This document shows positions 21,203-32,000 of a DNA stretch of 32,000 nucleotides, one piece after another. The stretch's first letter is position 1; the number at the start of each line of letters is the position of its first letter. The notes beneath the pieces were generated by a model. That model saw nothing but the letters and a program-made list of their open reading frames with translations, was not told the DNA's origin and did not search any database. Origin of the DNA: Wallemia ichthyophaga EXF-994 (Eukaryota > Fungi > Basidiomycota). The translations under genes were made by a program, and so were the position numbers. The stretch spans positions 120,001-152,000 of the forward strand of contig NW_008806288.1 of NCBI RefSeq assembly GCF_000400465.1, in the 5' to 3' direction.

Positions 21203-23769
21203 ATGAAACTTTCAGCCCTCATAACACTCGCCGTCGCACTGACGGTATTCACTGACGCCCGCGCTGTCGAGACTAGACAAGAAGACGGCTTGGGATACAT
21301 GGATGGCAAAAGCAGCACGAGCAGCAATGACGACATGAAAAATACGAAGAGCGCGAATGTCAGTGACGACATGTACGACGCTTATCACCAATCCAACGAC
21401 TACGACAAATACCCAACACCTAAAGCCGACGGCGGAAAGGCATGGGAAGATGCTTTCAAGAAAGCCAAAGATGTCGTCTCACAGATGACTGTTGACGAGA
21501 AGGGTGGCATCGTTCTCTCACATGATGGCAGATGTGTCGGTACGACTCATGGTGTAGAACGTCTCGGTATCCCTGAGCTTTGCATGATGTGAGTGCGGGT
21601 GTAGCATGGTGAGACTTTCTAATGTTAGCTGCTAGGGACGGCCCTACAGGTGTGCGTCCAGTACATGGAGTAAGCTCCTACCCAGTGGGACAGGCAGCTG
21701 CCGCTACGTGGGATAGAGAACTCATCTACCAACGTTCAAAGCACATGGGACAAGAGTTCTTCGATAAAGGCGTTAACGTCGCTTTGGCACCTGTAGCATC
21801 AGGCCCTCTTGGACGCTCACCTCTTATGGGTCGTAATTGGGTGCGGCTGAAAATATCCTCAACGTGTTTCACTTGCTAATAGACTTGTTTAGGAGGGATC
21901 ATTTGCTGATAGTTATTCTAATGGCATATACACGTACGAAAGTGTAACTGGTCTTCAAGACAGCCATGTCTCAGCTACAATGTAGGTCTGACGATGCTCA
22001 AACGCCACTAGCTCACGCACCGCAGTAAGCACTTTATCGGATACGAACAAGAGACAGCTCGTCACCCTTACCAAACCGATTCGTCAACTGACCAAGAGCC
22101 GATCTCTTCAAACATCGACGACAGGACTATGCACGAAGTCTATATGCCTTCTTTCGCGGAGGGTGTGAGAGCTGGTTCTGGCATGGTCATGTGCTCCTAC
22201 AACAACATCAATGGAACGACCGCCTGTGGCAATGCTCACGCTCAAAATGGCCTATTGAAGACTGAGCTCAATTTCGAAGGCGCCATCATCTCGGACTGGG
22301 GTGGAGTGCACTCTGATGTCGACTCTATAATGTCCGGGCTAGACGGATCCTTCCCAGGTGTTGGATACGGCGGCGGCTTTGGATCCTTCTGGGAAGACTT
22401 GCCTGAGTTGGTAAAAAACGGCTCGGTCTCTGAAAGCAGATTGGACGACGCATGCCACAGAATGTTGACACCTTACTTCTGGCTCGGTCAAGATGGTAAG
22501 CACACTCCGCCCGAGGTCAAGTTCGTCGGAAACCCCTACTTCGAGGACGGTGAATCAACATACACCAACGTCCGTGATCCTTCCTCAACTGAGGTTCTTC
22601 GCGATTTAGCAACTGACTCTGTTACGCTGCTGAAGAATAATGGCGGTCTACCACTCAACCGTCCTCAACGCCTCGCTGCTGTCGGTGCACTCGATGGTAC
22701 TGATGTCAGCGCATGCAGCGACTCGGGAACCTCTTGCAACTACACAATGTCTACCATCACTATTGGCGGAGGATCGGGATACACCATTTCACCGTATGAA
22801 GTCACTCCTCTCGACGCGATCAAGGAGAAGGTCATTCAACAGGGCACTGAACTTTCATACGCGCTTGAAAACGATGAAGACGTGATCAACGAAATCTCAT
22901 CAAGAGCTGATGCTACGCTCGTATTTGTCAGCGAATGGGCTGAGGAAGGAGAAGATCGCGATGATCTAGACATAGTTGAGGAGCAAGCCAAGATCCTTGA
23001 CACCGCCGTCAAGGCATCTTCGAACGTCATCCTAGTGTTGAACACACCTGGCGTTGTCGACATCGAGAAATGGGCTGACAATGACAATGTTACTGCTATC
23101 GTGGAGACGTATTACCCCGGCCAAGAATCAGGAAACGGCCTTGTGCCAATCTTGTTTGGTGAAAAGTCACCAAGCGGCAAGCTTCCTTACACTTGGGGTA
23201 AGAAATTATCAGACTGGCCAGAAAACACTATCGTTAGAAGCGATGATGAGAACCCTCAATCGTATTTCAAAGATGGACTCTTTTTCGACTACAAATGGTT
23301 CGACAAGCAAGACATCGAACCTCGCTATGAATTTGGATTTGGTCTTTCTTACACTAACTTCGAATTTTCTAATATCAGCGTTGAGGATAACCACAAGAAG
23401 GATGATAAGGAAATTCAAGCTACCAACGAGCCATTCGCTAGTTACGACGGCTCAAATAGCTTCTACGACACAGTGAAGACGGTAAAAGCGACAGTGACTA
23501 ACACTGGAGATATGGACAGTTCGGAAGTCGTTCAGTTGTACGTGACAATCCCATCAGAAGGCGAGCCTATCCGTCAGCTCAGGGGATTCGAGAAAGTGAA
23601 GAACCTTAAGAGCGGTGAAAGTAAACAGGTTGAGATGGATCTGCGCATCAAGGATCTGTCAGTTTGGGATGTTGTGCAACAAACCTGGGTAATGCCATCT
23701 GGAGAGTACGTGTTCTACGTCGGAAACAGCTCTCGCAACTTGCCATTGAAAGTTACTTGCTCAAACTAA
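21203..23769 (+). CDS. Secreted GH3 beta-glucosidase with a C-terminal fibronectin-III-like domain
   Basis: Signal peptide, then RLGIPELCMMDGPTGVR, GPLGRSPLMGRNWEG, KHFIGYEQE, VMCSYN and nucleophile IISDWGG, plus GEEGEDRDDL, GKLPYT, YEFGFGLSYT and QLRGFEKV. Introns 21589-21635, 21841-21892, 21982-22025. Confidence 0.95.
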
Positions 23770-24268
23770 CTTCGAATGTGGATTTAAACACCAGCTTCAA
23801 GTGTGCATTTTTCAAACGTCTATATCCTATTGAACTTTTACTTGAGCTACCTCTATTCCAGTTTTTTCACAATTCTTCTGTATTACAAATGTACACATGA
23901 ATATTTTCCTTGACACACGTTTAGAAGACGACTGCCTCGAGATTGGCTCCGCAGGCAAAACATTCATCATGTTTACTTTTGCACTCGATGGATGCCACAA
24001 AAACCGCATCTCCACGTTCTGTTTCTCAGCTGCTGCAGTCGTCTCAGTTTTCAGCTAAGGCTATTGATGATGTTAGCGCACCTTGTAACATCTCATGATT
24101 GCTCAATGTTGTTATGTTGGGGCGTTTGGCTACAAATGCACAATGTCCATATTTATACGCGTTTCCCGATTGTGCGATTTGTATCACAACTGCAATGTAC
24201 CATGCGTCACAGTGCATGCAGAACTACGCAGTTCATAAGATGCATCAGTATCCGAGATGGAGGTATGC

Positions 24269-24368
24269 ATGATGAAATAATGATGAAATAAGAGTGATCG
24301 AGAGGCTACGTGATAGCGATTTCACTGAAATTCGCGCGACACTCGCGAGTGGCAATATTTGATTTGCC
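24269..24368. repeat. Tandem 11-mer ATGATGAAATA x2 (24269-24290) followed by abutting palindromes: ATTTCA-C-TGAAAT (24319-24331), TCGCGCGA (24332-24339), CACTCGCGAGTG (24340-24351), GGCAA-N8-TTGCC
   Basis: Read directly from the sequence. Confidence 0.75.
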
Positions 24369-24666
24369 AATTTGGGCGTTGGGAGCATGACGCTTGCACG
24401 GAAAGCATTACTTCCCGTCGATTTCATTCATGAAGCCGGGTACTTCCACATACCTACCCGACATCAGTTACGTTGTGAAGATAACTTACAACTCACCTTT
24501 GCAATTAATATGTGAGTTGGCGTGGATAACGAACAGAAAACACCTTTATGCACACCAGATAGGGTTGGGGGTGCTGCCAACAACAAAGACAGCCTTTGTC
24601 CTCCTGATCATCACATAATCGCATGTATAAAGAACTCTATAAAAACTAGTTATTAGAAAGGTAAAG

Positions 24667-25933
24667 CTAGTTTGCACTGTGCTCAATGTACCGCTCGATC
24701 TGTCCGAGGAGATTTTTGAGGCTATGTCTTTCGAATTTGCCGTAAATGTATCCCACGTAGAGGTACGTAGCTCCAGCAGCGCCGGCGAGAAAGCCAAAGA
24801 AGACGAAAAGCGGCGAGTAGTGCGAGGTGGGAGGGAAAGCCGACGCCGCTATCAGCGCGACGCCGAACACAATGAGAAGAGCAGTGAAGAAGACATACTT
24901 AACAGACTGCTTTTCAGAATGCCTACATAACGTTCTTAGCTTCCTTGTCGTCTCCAAGTAGCACATCTCATTATCGCTATGACGAGATCTGGTTGGCGAA
25001 GCCGGTGCTTCCTTGAGTGCGAATGTGGTGACAACACCAAAGTGATCAGAGTAAGAGTGTGTGTAATTTGGCGGACAAAGCTGATTGAAGCAAATCTCGG
25101 ACTTAGTTGGGACCATAACCGAAGATTTAAGCAGGACATAGTCTAGACGTTTTCCACCGGCATATCGAGGCGAGTCGTCACCAGGTGTGTAGCCAGGATA
25201 TCTTTGCTGATGGAATGAGTTTAGTGCTACATCTGCAGTGTACCCGCATCTGAATACTGCGTCTTGGGGTGAATGGGGCGGTATTTTGTCGTTGGTGGGC
25301 TGAGCGACGGCCCAGCAGTCAGTGAGACTGGCATGAGTACGGAGCAGATCGAAAACAAGCGTGAAAGGCTCGGAATTGATGTCGCCAGTGAGGATAACTG
25401 AGTTGTGAGCGTTGATAATGTGAGAGGACAGCTGCCAGGCTTGAGAGAGTCTGTGCGCAAATCGTGCATGTTTGTCGGATTCAGAGTAGGGTGCATGGAA
25501 GTGTGTTGTATAGACATCCACCAATCCAAAGTCTGGGGAGCTTATCGTAACGCGGCCAAAACCTTTACCAGAGAACCAGTCACCTTTGATGACTTCTAAA
25601 GGAGGACCATTCAGATCGTATTTAAAGAACTCAGAGTCAATAATTTTGTGTTTGGAGAGGATAGCTAAACCACTGCCCACTAACCCACTAAGAAGCGTGT
25701 CAGAGGGCCTAAAAGCGCGTAGAAAAGACAGACGAATAGAAGTAGACAGAGTGTGGATATATATGACTCAAATTCTTCTTAATCAGATCAAAATCGCTAT
25801 CGAGCCATAATTCTTGTAAGCAGATGATATCAGCAAGATCGTTTGAAAGTGATGAGACGATAGCGGACACTCTCTGCTGCCTGAATTTTGAGACCTTATT
25901 GAGTCCCCAGATATTTAAAGTCAAAACCTTCAT
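24667..25933 (-). CDS. ISC1: Inositol phosphosphingolipid phospholipase C / neutral sphingomyelinase (DNase I-like EEP fold, two C-terminal TM helices)
   Basis: MKVLTLNIWGL, DIICLQELW, then a 46-nt intron (GTCTGT...TAG, about 25689-25734) giving YFYSGLVGSGLAILSK, followed by THFHAPY, GDINSEP, KRLDYV, SYSDHFGV and a hydrophobic C-terminal hairpin. Confidence 0.92.
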
Positions 25934-25986
25934 TTGATTTGACTTGCACTTGACTTCTCTTGAGTGTTTACAACGACGTGTCACAA

Positions 25987-27504
25987 ATGTCTTTAGAATC
26001 AATCCAGCAAAAATTAGAAGCGTCTAACCAGACGCAGCTGCTTACATTCTATAACCAGCTCGACGACGCACACAAGCAGTCTCTACTCAGCCAAATAGAA
26101 GGCATGGACTTTGAACGCATTGACAGCATTCTCAAATTGGCATTAGAAGCAGAGAAGCAGCCACCATCAGACAATGCTTTCACTCCTCCTCCACAAGACA
26201 GCGTAAAGTCTGTGCATTCCAACGAGCATACCTCTTGGTACAATCAAGGTTTGGATGCAATTGCAGAGAACAAGGTCGCCGTCATTCTCATGGCCGGTGG
26301 CCAAGGCACTCGTCTGGGCTCTTCAAACCCTAAGGGTATGTACGACGTCGGTCTGCCTTCTCAGAAGACTCTTTTCGAGTTGCAAGCCCAGCGCATCGCA
26401 AGAGTTGAGCAGCTGGCTGCTGAAAAGCAGGGCAAGAACGTAAACGAAGTTAACATTCCTTGGTTGGTTATGACTTCCGGTCCTACTCGCCCAACGACTG
26501 AAACATTCTTCAAACAAAACAACTACTTTGGGCTGAAGCACGAAAATGTTATCTTTTTTGAACAGGGTGAGTAGAAATGGATTTAATACACCCCTCTCAC
26601 AAAAATTTCAGGCGTTTTACCTTGTCTCACTGAAGATGGTCAAGTCATTCTCTCTTCAAAATCTTCGGTTGCTGTGGCTCCAGATGGCAACGGTGGTGTT
26701 TACAACGCGCTCCACAGTAAAAAGTCCATCTCACCATCATCCACTCAATCTCCACTCGATATTTTGACTGAGAAGGGCTACGAGTACATCCATGCGTACT
26801 GCGTGGACAATTCCTTATGTAAGGTTGCAGACCCAACTTTCATCGGGTATTCAATCCACTCTGGTGTCGACTGTGGTGCAAAGGTTGTCCAAAAGCGCGA
26901 TGCACACGAATCAGTTGGTGTGATTGCATTGAGAGACTCTAAATTCTCCGTCGTTGAATACTCAGAAATCCCTAACAACCTTGCTGAAATGATCGACAAA
27001 GACACTGGCAAACTTGCTTTCAACGCTGCCAACATCGCCAACCACTTCTACACTACCAAATTCCTTCGTGATGACATACCAAAATTCGAACACAAGATCG
27101 CTTACCACATCGCAAGAAAGAAGATACCAACAGTCGATCTCAAGACTGGTGCAGAGGTTAAACCAGAGTCACCAAACGGTGTCAAGATGGAGTTGTTCAT
27201 TTTTGATGTCTTCCCGTTCACCAACCTTTCTCTTTTGGAAGTTGAGCGTTCTGATGAGTTCTCTCCACTCAAGAATGCACCTGGATCGAAAGCAGACACT
27301 CCAGAAACATCACGCAAAGATGTGCTCAACCTGTCTAAGCGCTACTTGAAAGAGAATGGCGCTGTAATTGCTGACGATATTGAGATTGAACTTTCACCAC
27401 TCGTATCATATGAAGGTGAAGGTCTTTCTTTCGTCAGCGGTAAGGAAGTTGTCAAGGGTGGCTACGTTAAAGACGTCGATCAACTCAAAACGCTCCTCAA
27501 CTAA
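25987..27504 (+). CDS. QRI1: UDP-N-acetylglucosamine pyrophosphorylase
   Basis: VAVILMAGGQGTRLGSSNPKGMYDVGLPS, IPWLVMTS, FEQG-VLPC (intron 26567-26611), APDGNGGVY, YCVDNSL, VVEYSEI, KMELFIFDVFPF, EFSPLKNA. Confidence 0.97.
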
Positions 27505-27563
27505 ATATCACATCTACTTAAAATAATTTATCTACCAAGAACAATATCATTGTCACTTTCTAT

Positions 27564-29228
27564 TTAATTTACCCGTTGCTTTTTCTGCGAGTAGTCATTT
27601 TTGTCTAATTCTTCGAGAGCTTTTGTGAGTATGCGGCGCTCGCCGACTGTCAAAACAAGTGCGTTAAATTGATTTTGTGAGAGTGTGTCTGACTTATCAA
27701 GCTTGGCTATGTCGTCCTACAATTTTACGTGAGACAGAGTGAAACAGGAGTAGAGAAACCCACTTCAAGCACACCACCATACTGCTCGATGCGCTCTTTG
27801 ATAGCCTTAGCTAACAATTCCGCATTCTCTTTACTAAATACGCTAGCTTTAGGCACTTTCCTGCTCTTCTCGTGTTTCTTGAAGTCAGTATCAGGAAGAG
27901 TGAACAAAACGACACAGATTTTGAGTAGATCAGGAACAGCGTCGTCATTCGTTATTTCAAAAACACTGCAAGTTTCATGTTAGTGGAGGGCGGTTACAAT
28001 GGATATGTCACCATAAACGGAACGCACTCTTCACCACACTCGTCAAGCAAAAACTCCACTCTACGCTCTTTCATTTTCTCATTTGCGTTTGGTAGGGCTT
28101 TCTCGAGGATGAGGTCAGCTGGGATCTCGGCAACATTGTATCTATTGCCCATGTATTCGCTGTCTTTACTGAGAGGAGTGTAGTCAACGTGACCATAGCG
28201 TCTCAGTAAGTCTGAATTAGGAGCTGGATGATGTGAGTGTTGAGCGAGTAAAAATTTTCAAGACACACGGTCATCGTAAGTGTTGAATACCTGCTCGCCA
28301 GCTTTGATATCCTTCAAGGCGATCATGCGAAGATTGTGCTCTTCATACTCAGTGTGTGCGTTTGCAGAATCGGAGCGAGCATTCAGTATGTCAGCCATTG
28401 GCACCTGAAGTGAGGATGAGCGATTGCGGTGAGAATGAGAGAAGAAACATAACACACCATCGAAACGACATCAACGGACGTGCGCAAATCAACTTCCTCC
28501 TCCTCATCGCTCTCTCCGTCTTCGTTCTCTTCTTCCGGTTTCCAATCGAGGACAGTGAAGCTGCGACTGAGGATGAGCGAGCCCATTCTCTTAAAGAGAT
28601 CAAGGGAGTAGCGCTGACTGTCACCAAAGACATTGTGATTCGTTTTGATGATCTGGCTCACTCTGCCGTACTCGGCTTCAATGTCTTCCAAACCGATTCG
28701 CGTGATGACAGTGGTGCCTTTGAGAAGATCAAGATCTTGTTTAGGCCAGAACATAAGTGAAGTGAATTGGTCTGGGAGAATTGCTGGGAAGTGTGAGATG
28801 ATAACACATCGACAATAAAGCCAGCCCACAGAAGTAAGAGTGCCATTTAGAAGATTCACCTTGTAAATATTCCCAGCACATAGCCATGATCAGTGGCGTC
28901 CAATTTGCCTCGTCGCCATTCTGGAGCTGAGCGTAGACGTCGTTGCCGACGACGTCTTTGAAAGCCGAGGTTTTGGTGGATAAAACGATATGGCGGGGAA
29001 TAGAGAATAAGCTTTGTTGCGGCTGTGGTGATTAAGCCATTAGCGCCCACCATTTCTCTCTCTCACGGCGAAACACACCTTGATGTCAGCAACAGCGACA
29101 AGACCACGGCCCATTCCATCGACGTTGTCGCCCACTTTAACGAGATCGCTGCTGAATTCACCGCCGTTTTTAATAAACCAATCAACAAATGCTTGCGTCG
29201 ATTCAATCGATTTGTTATCGGCAGACAT
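27564..29228 (-). CDS. RKM4: SET-domain lysine methyltransferase Rkm4/SETD6-like with a Rubisco-LSMT substrate-binding C-terminus
   Basis: Six short introns spliced by hand (first 29023-29078) give FVDWFIKNGG, GMGRGLVAVADIK, LFSIPRHIVLS, WHSYFSILP, MGSLILSRSF, VPMADILNA, GEQVFNTYDDPPNSDLLRRYG and a C-terminal VGERRIL. Confidence 0.9.
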
Positions 29229-29245
29229 GATTGTTCTTCACGACG

Positions 29246-30104
29246 ATGTCATCTGCTGAGGATAAGCTGCGCGAGTACGTGGATGGACTGGATAAGCTAG
29301 AAGATCGGCTCAGTGGAATACGGGAGTCAGTCAAGCAGCTAAGTTGCTACAAGAATGTCACAGATGCTGCCGGGCGGGGATTGAATGACATTGAAGTACT
29401 CAAAGCCCAGACGGTTGATTTGAAAGGTAAGAGTAGCTATAAAGGTCCAATTAGCTCAATCAATCCAATCAGACGCTTTCGAATATGCCAGTATTAGCGA
29501 GCAGTCCAATAGCGCCGGTGTGGTGGATAGTCGGCCACGGAACACACAGCACACACAGAACAAACCGCACACACACCAAAGCACGCTCAAGCCACCTAAA
29601 TTCAAATACATCCCTTCCTTTTCCCATCCACCTCTCCACTCCCACCAAGATGTCACTCGTCTTCTCGATTCGCTCATACCCTCTTTCCCCGGCTTGGGAG
29701 TGCGATACGTGGAGCACGCGAGCATCGGAGTGAAACTGAACAACGGTTTTCACGCCCTGCTCATTCTCTCCCCCGATAAGTACAAAGCGACGCGTATCAA
29801 CATACGCACTTCCGATGAGGGCACACGACAGCAAGACCACCTAGCATCGCAACACACACTGACACAGCAGATGTCAGCTTACTGTAGCGGTACAGTGGAT
29901 TCATTCGAGGGCAGCCTCCCGTTCGCTTTGGCCTTGCTCGACAGCTACACGCGCACGCTCTTCACTCAGAGCTGCTACCGATGTCACCGTCTCGTGTCAC
30001 CTACCCAGCTTCTCCCGCCATTCTATAATGTGTATACGCACGACGATGTCTGGATCACCCTTCACGCCGACTGTCTCAAACATATTCAATCACATCTTGT
30101 CTAA
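29246..30104 (+). CDS. MED27: Mediator complex subunit 27
   Basis: Intron 29427-29472 joins an N-terminal helical exon to ORF 29520-30104. The C-terminus LLDSYTRTLFTQSCYRCHRLV...LLPPFY...LHADC matches the Med27 C-x2-C...H-x2-C zinc-binding motif. Confidence 0.82.
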
Positions 30105-30161
30105 GACTGGAATAATTGCTTTCTACATACGTACATGTAAAACTCCGAGGCTATACTATTA

Positions 30162-32000
30162 TTACTGTCCTACTTCCGATTGCGCCAGGTACTGTTGTGC
30201 TACTCTCGCCAAAAGCATCCCTGAGTCCTCGCTTGCAGCTCTTGACTTGCGATGGCGGGGTGTGCGAGTATTGGTGTGGGTGTCCATAGAAGAGGAGCTT
30301 GAGATGGATCCATTAGCTGTGTTTGGAGTGCTAGAGGTGTTTTCATCTTCTTTATCTTCTTCACTATGCTCACTATGTTCACCATGCTTAGCCTTCTCAG
30401 CCTTGTCAAAAGTAGCAGTCTTCACACGATTCCCGTTTTTGTCATTTTCATCATTCCTATCGTTAACGCCACGCGGCAGCTTCTCATCGTACAACTGCAC
30501 TCTTTTGCGCTGCACTTTACCCGACGACCTATTAACGGCATCCAGTTTCGCCCTGCTGCTAGTAGGTGGGGGTTGTGGGGTGAGGGTCCTATGAACAACC
30601 ACCTCTTTCTGCGCAGGTTGTCCAGCTGTCGTCGCCCTACTCGATGGTCTCTCATGCACCACGTTAATGCTCGTCTGGCTCGCATTAGATGGTCGCAGAC
30701 GCGTACCAAACTTGGCCGCTGCACGTCGTTGCTCTTGCTTCCGCTGTTGTTCTAATCTCTCCGCCTCATTTTGTCTCCGTTGTTCCTGCTGATCTTGTTG
30801 TTTTTGGTGTTGCTGTTGCTTTTGTTGCTTCTGCTTTAGCTTCACCATCTGTTTCTGTTGCTCCTGGAAACCTCCGCCTTCCCGGTTGCCCTCTCCCTCC
30901 CCCTTCTCCTCCTCCTCCTTGTTATCCTCCTGTTCACTCACACCCCCACCCACGCCACCACGCGCAGGTTTGGGACGCAGGCGGACGCGCGGGACCATTT
31001 CATCACCACGCTCATAGCTGAAGGAAACCTTAGTCTTGATGGAGGCGTGGCTCCTAGCGTCGTCGCTATACTGGCGTTGGAGGGTGGATGAGCGCGGCGA
31101 TGTCGACGGGAAGGGTGATGGTGATGGAAAGGGGAGTTGTTTCCTATGCAGTGGTGACGTACTGCTTGCATCCTCTGAGCCAGACCGATTGCGCATTATA
31201 GCATTCATAGATACTATCCCCTCCTCCGACTGGTCTGCTATGTTCCACTTGGAGATCTGATGAGCGGTCTAAGTTGGTGACTCAGATTGTAAACAGTAAT
31301 AGCGACACACCTTTATGAAACGGTAGAGGTTGCGTCCGGTCACTCCCACTCCCGCACTCGTGCTGTCGCTCCTGTTGGACGTCGACGTCGACGTCAGCGA
31401 GGACCGCTTCGCCGTTGGCTTCTCGCTGACACCTTTGCCCTGACTATTGCTGGCGATGGGCAAAGTCGTTCTGCCACTGCGCTGACAAAGCAGTGTCACA
31501 TCATTAAACTCCACCTGCCACAAATCCTTCTTGGTGTATTTGTTCCTGTCTTCCGCATTACTTCCTTGTGACAGCGGTGACTGTGAGTTTGAATTAGGCA
31601 GTAGATCCGAAAGACGTCTTAAACTTGATTTCTTTATCACTTGTGGTCGTTGTGGAGGAGGCATCGAACCATGTTTCACCTTGAAACTCGTTGGCGGATT
31701 TGTTGAGGGCGTTATACACACCTCTCTCACAAGCAGTCGACCTGGTTTGGGTGCCATCAGACTGCGCTCTTTCTCTATACCTTCAATCCGAGCCAATGCA
31801 TCGCGAGTTTTGTCGCGCTCTTCTATTTGGATTTTTTTATCTTCTATTGAACGAACAATGGATTCTACTTGCTCAACCATCTTCAACGTCGCTTCATACT
31901 CTATCATGGAGGGATCGCTGTTAAATAAGAGTCCGCGGAAGAGAAGGGGGTATTTCAGGAGTCTTTGGAAAGGGTGGAGGAGACAAATAGCCAGCGAAGC
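30162..32000 (-). CDS. RhoGEF (DH-PH) protein; 5' part lies beyond the window end; long disordered C-terminal tail
   Basis: DH signature LLHPFQRLLKYPLLF, then PH-like KKDLWQVEFNDVTLLCQR...RNLYRFIK. Intron 31269-31310 joins in frame to ORF 30162-31208. Confidence 0.87.
30775..30870 (-). repeat. Gln/Lys-rich low-complexity tract in the RhoGEF tail (QEQQKQMVKLKQKQQKQQQHQKQQDQQEQ)
   Basis: Imperfect CAA/CAG/AAA repeats in the coding frame. Confidence 0.7.

Noticed and set aside
1-27504. KRE6, GH5, GH3 and UAP1 as one large cell-wall gene cluster
   Set aside because: They are spread over 27 kb and interleaved with unrelated housekeeping genes (splicing factors, PP2A, AAT). Such co-occurrence is unremarkable in a gene-dense genome.
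23-31924. Numerous antisense or shifted-frame ORFs in the six-frame track (e.g. 6500-6994, 12538-12936, 15095-15625, 18315-18767, 30028-30594)
   Set aside because: They lie entirely opposite or within well-supported genes and show no recognisable motifs. They are shadow ORFs of biased coding sequence.
1-32000. tRNA, rRNA, transposon, LTR or CRISPR-like arrays
   Set aside because: By eye I saw no cloverleaf with A/B boxes, no rRNA-like sequence, no transposase/RT/integrase ORF, no terminal repeats and no regularly spaced repeat array.

Overview
Eukaryotic (fungal) genomic DNA that is extremely gene-dense, with very short (about 42-60 nt) spliceosomal introns. This architecture and the protein sequences suggest a compact-genome basidiomycete such as Wallemia (inference). 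By splicing ORF fragments together by hand I reconstruct 20 recognisable or well-supported protein-coding genes. In order: KRE6/SKN1 (GH16, partial), an MFS transporter, a GH5 exo-beta-glucanase, SQS1 (R3H + G-patch), a degenerate alpha/beta-hydrolase-like protein, ADI1, BXI1, a maltose-type O-acetyltransferase, an orphan disordered protein, PP2A-B56 (RTS1), aspartate aminotransferase, PRP28, TRP14/TXNDC17, a GH3 beta-glucosidase, ISC1, UAP1/QRI1, RKM4/SETD6, MED27 and a partial RhoGEF, plus one hidden spliced small membrane-protein gene (15753-16110, minus strand). I found no convincing rRNA, tRNA, transposon or CRISPR features. Main leads: (i) head-to-head gene pairs whose start codons are only 17, 53 and 75 bp apart; (ii) an orphan protein next to the B56 gene that carries B56 (LxxIxE) and calcineurin (PxIxIT-like) docking motifs; (iii) unusual RTS1 introns, one GC-AG and one with a hairpin pairing the 5' splice site to the branch point; (iv) a possible splice or start-codon switch giving mitochondrial versus cytosolic aspartate aminotransferase; (v) two oversized convergent gaps that may hide transcripts.
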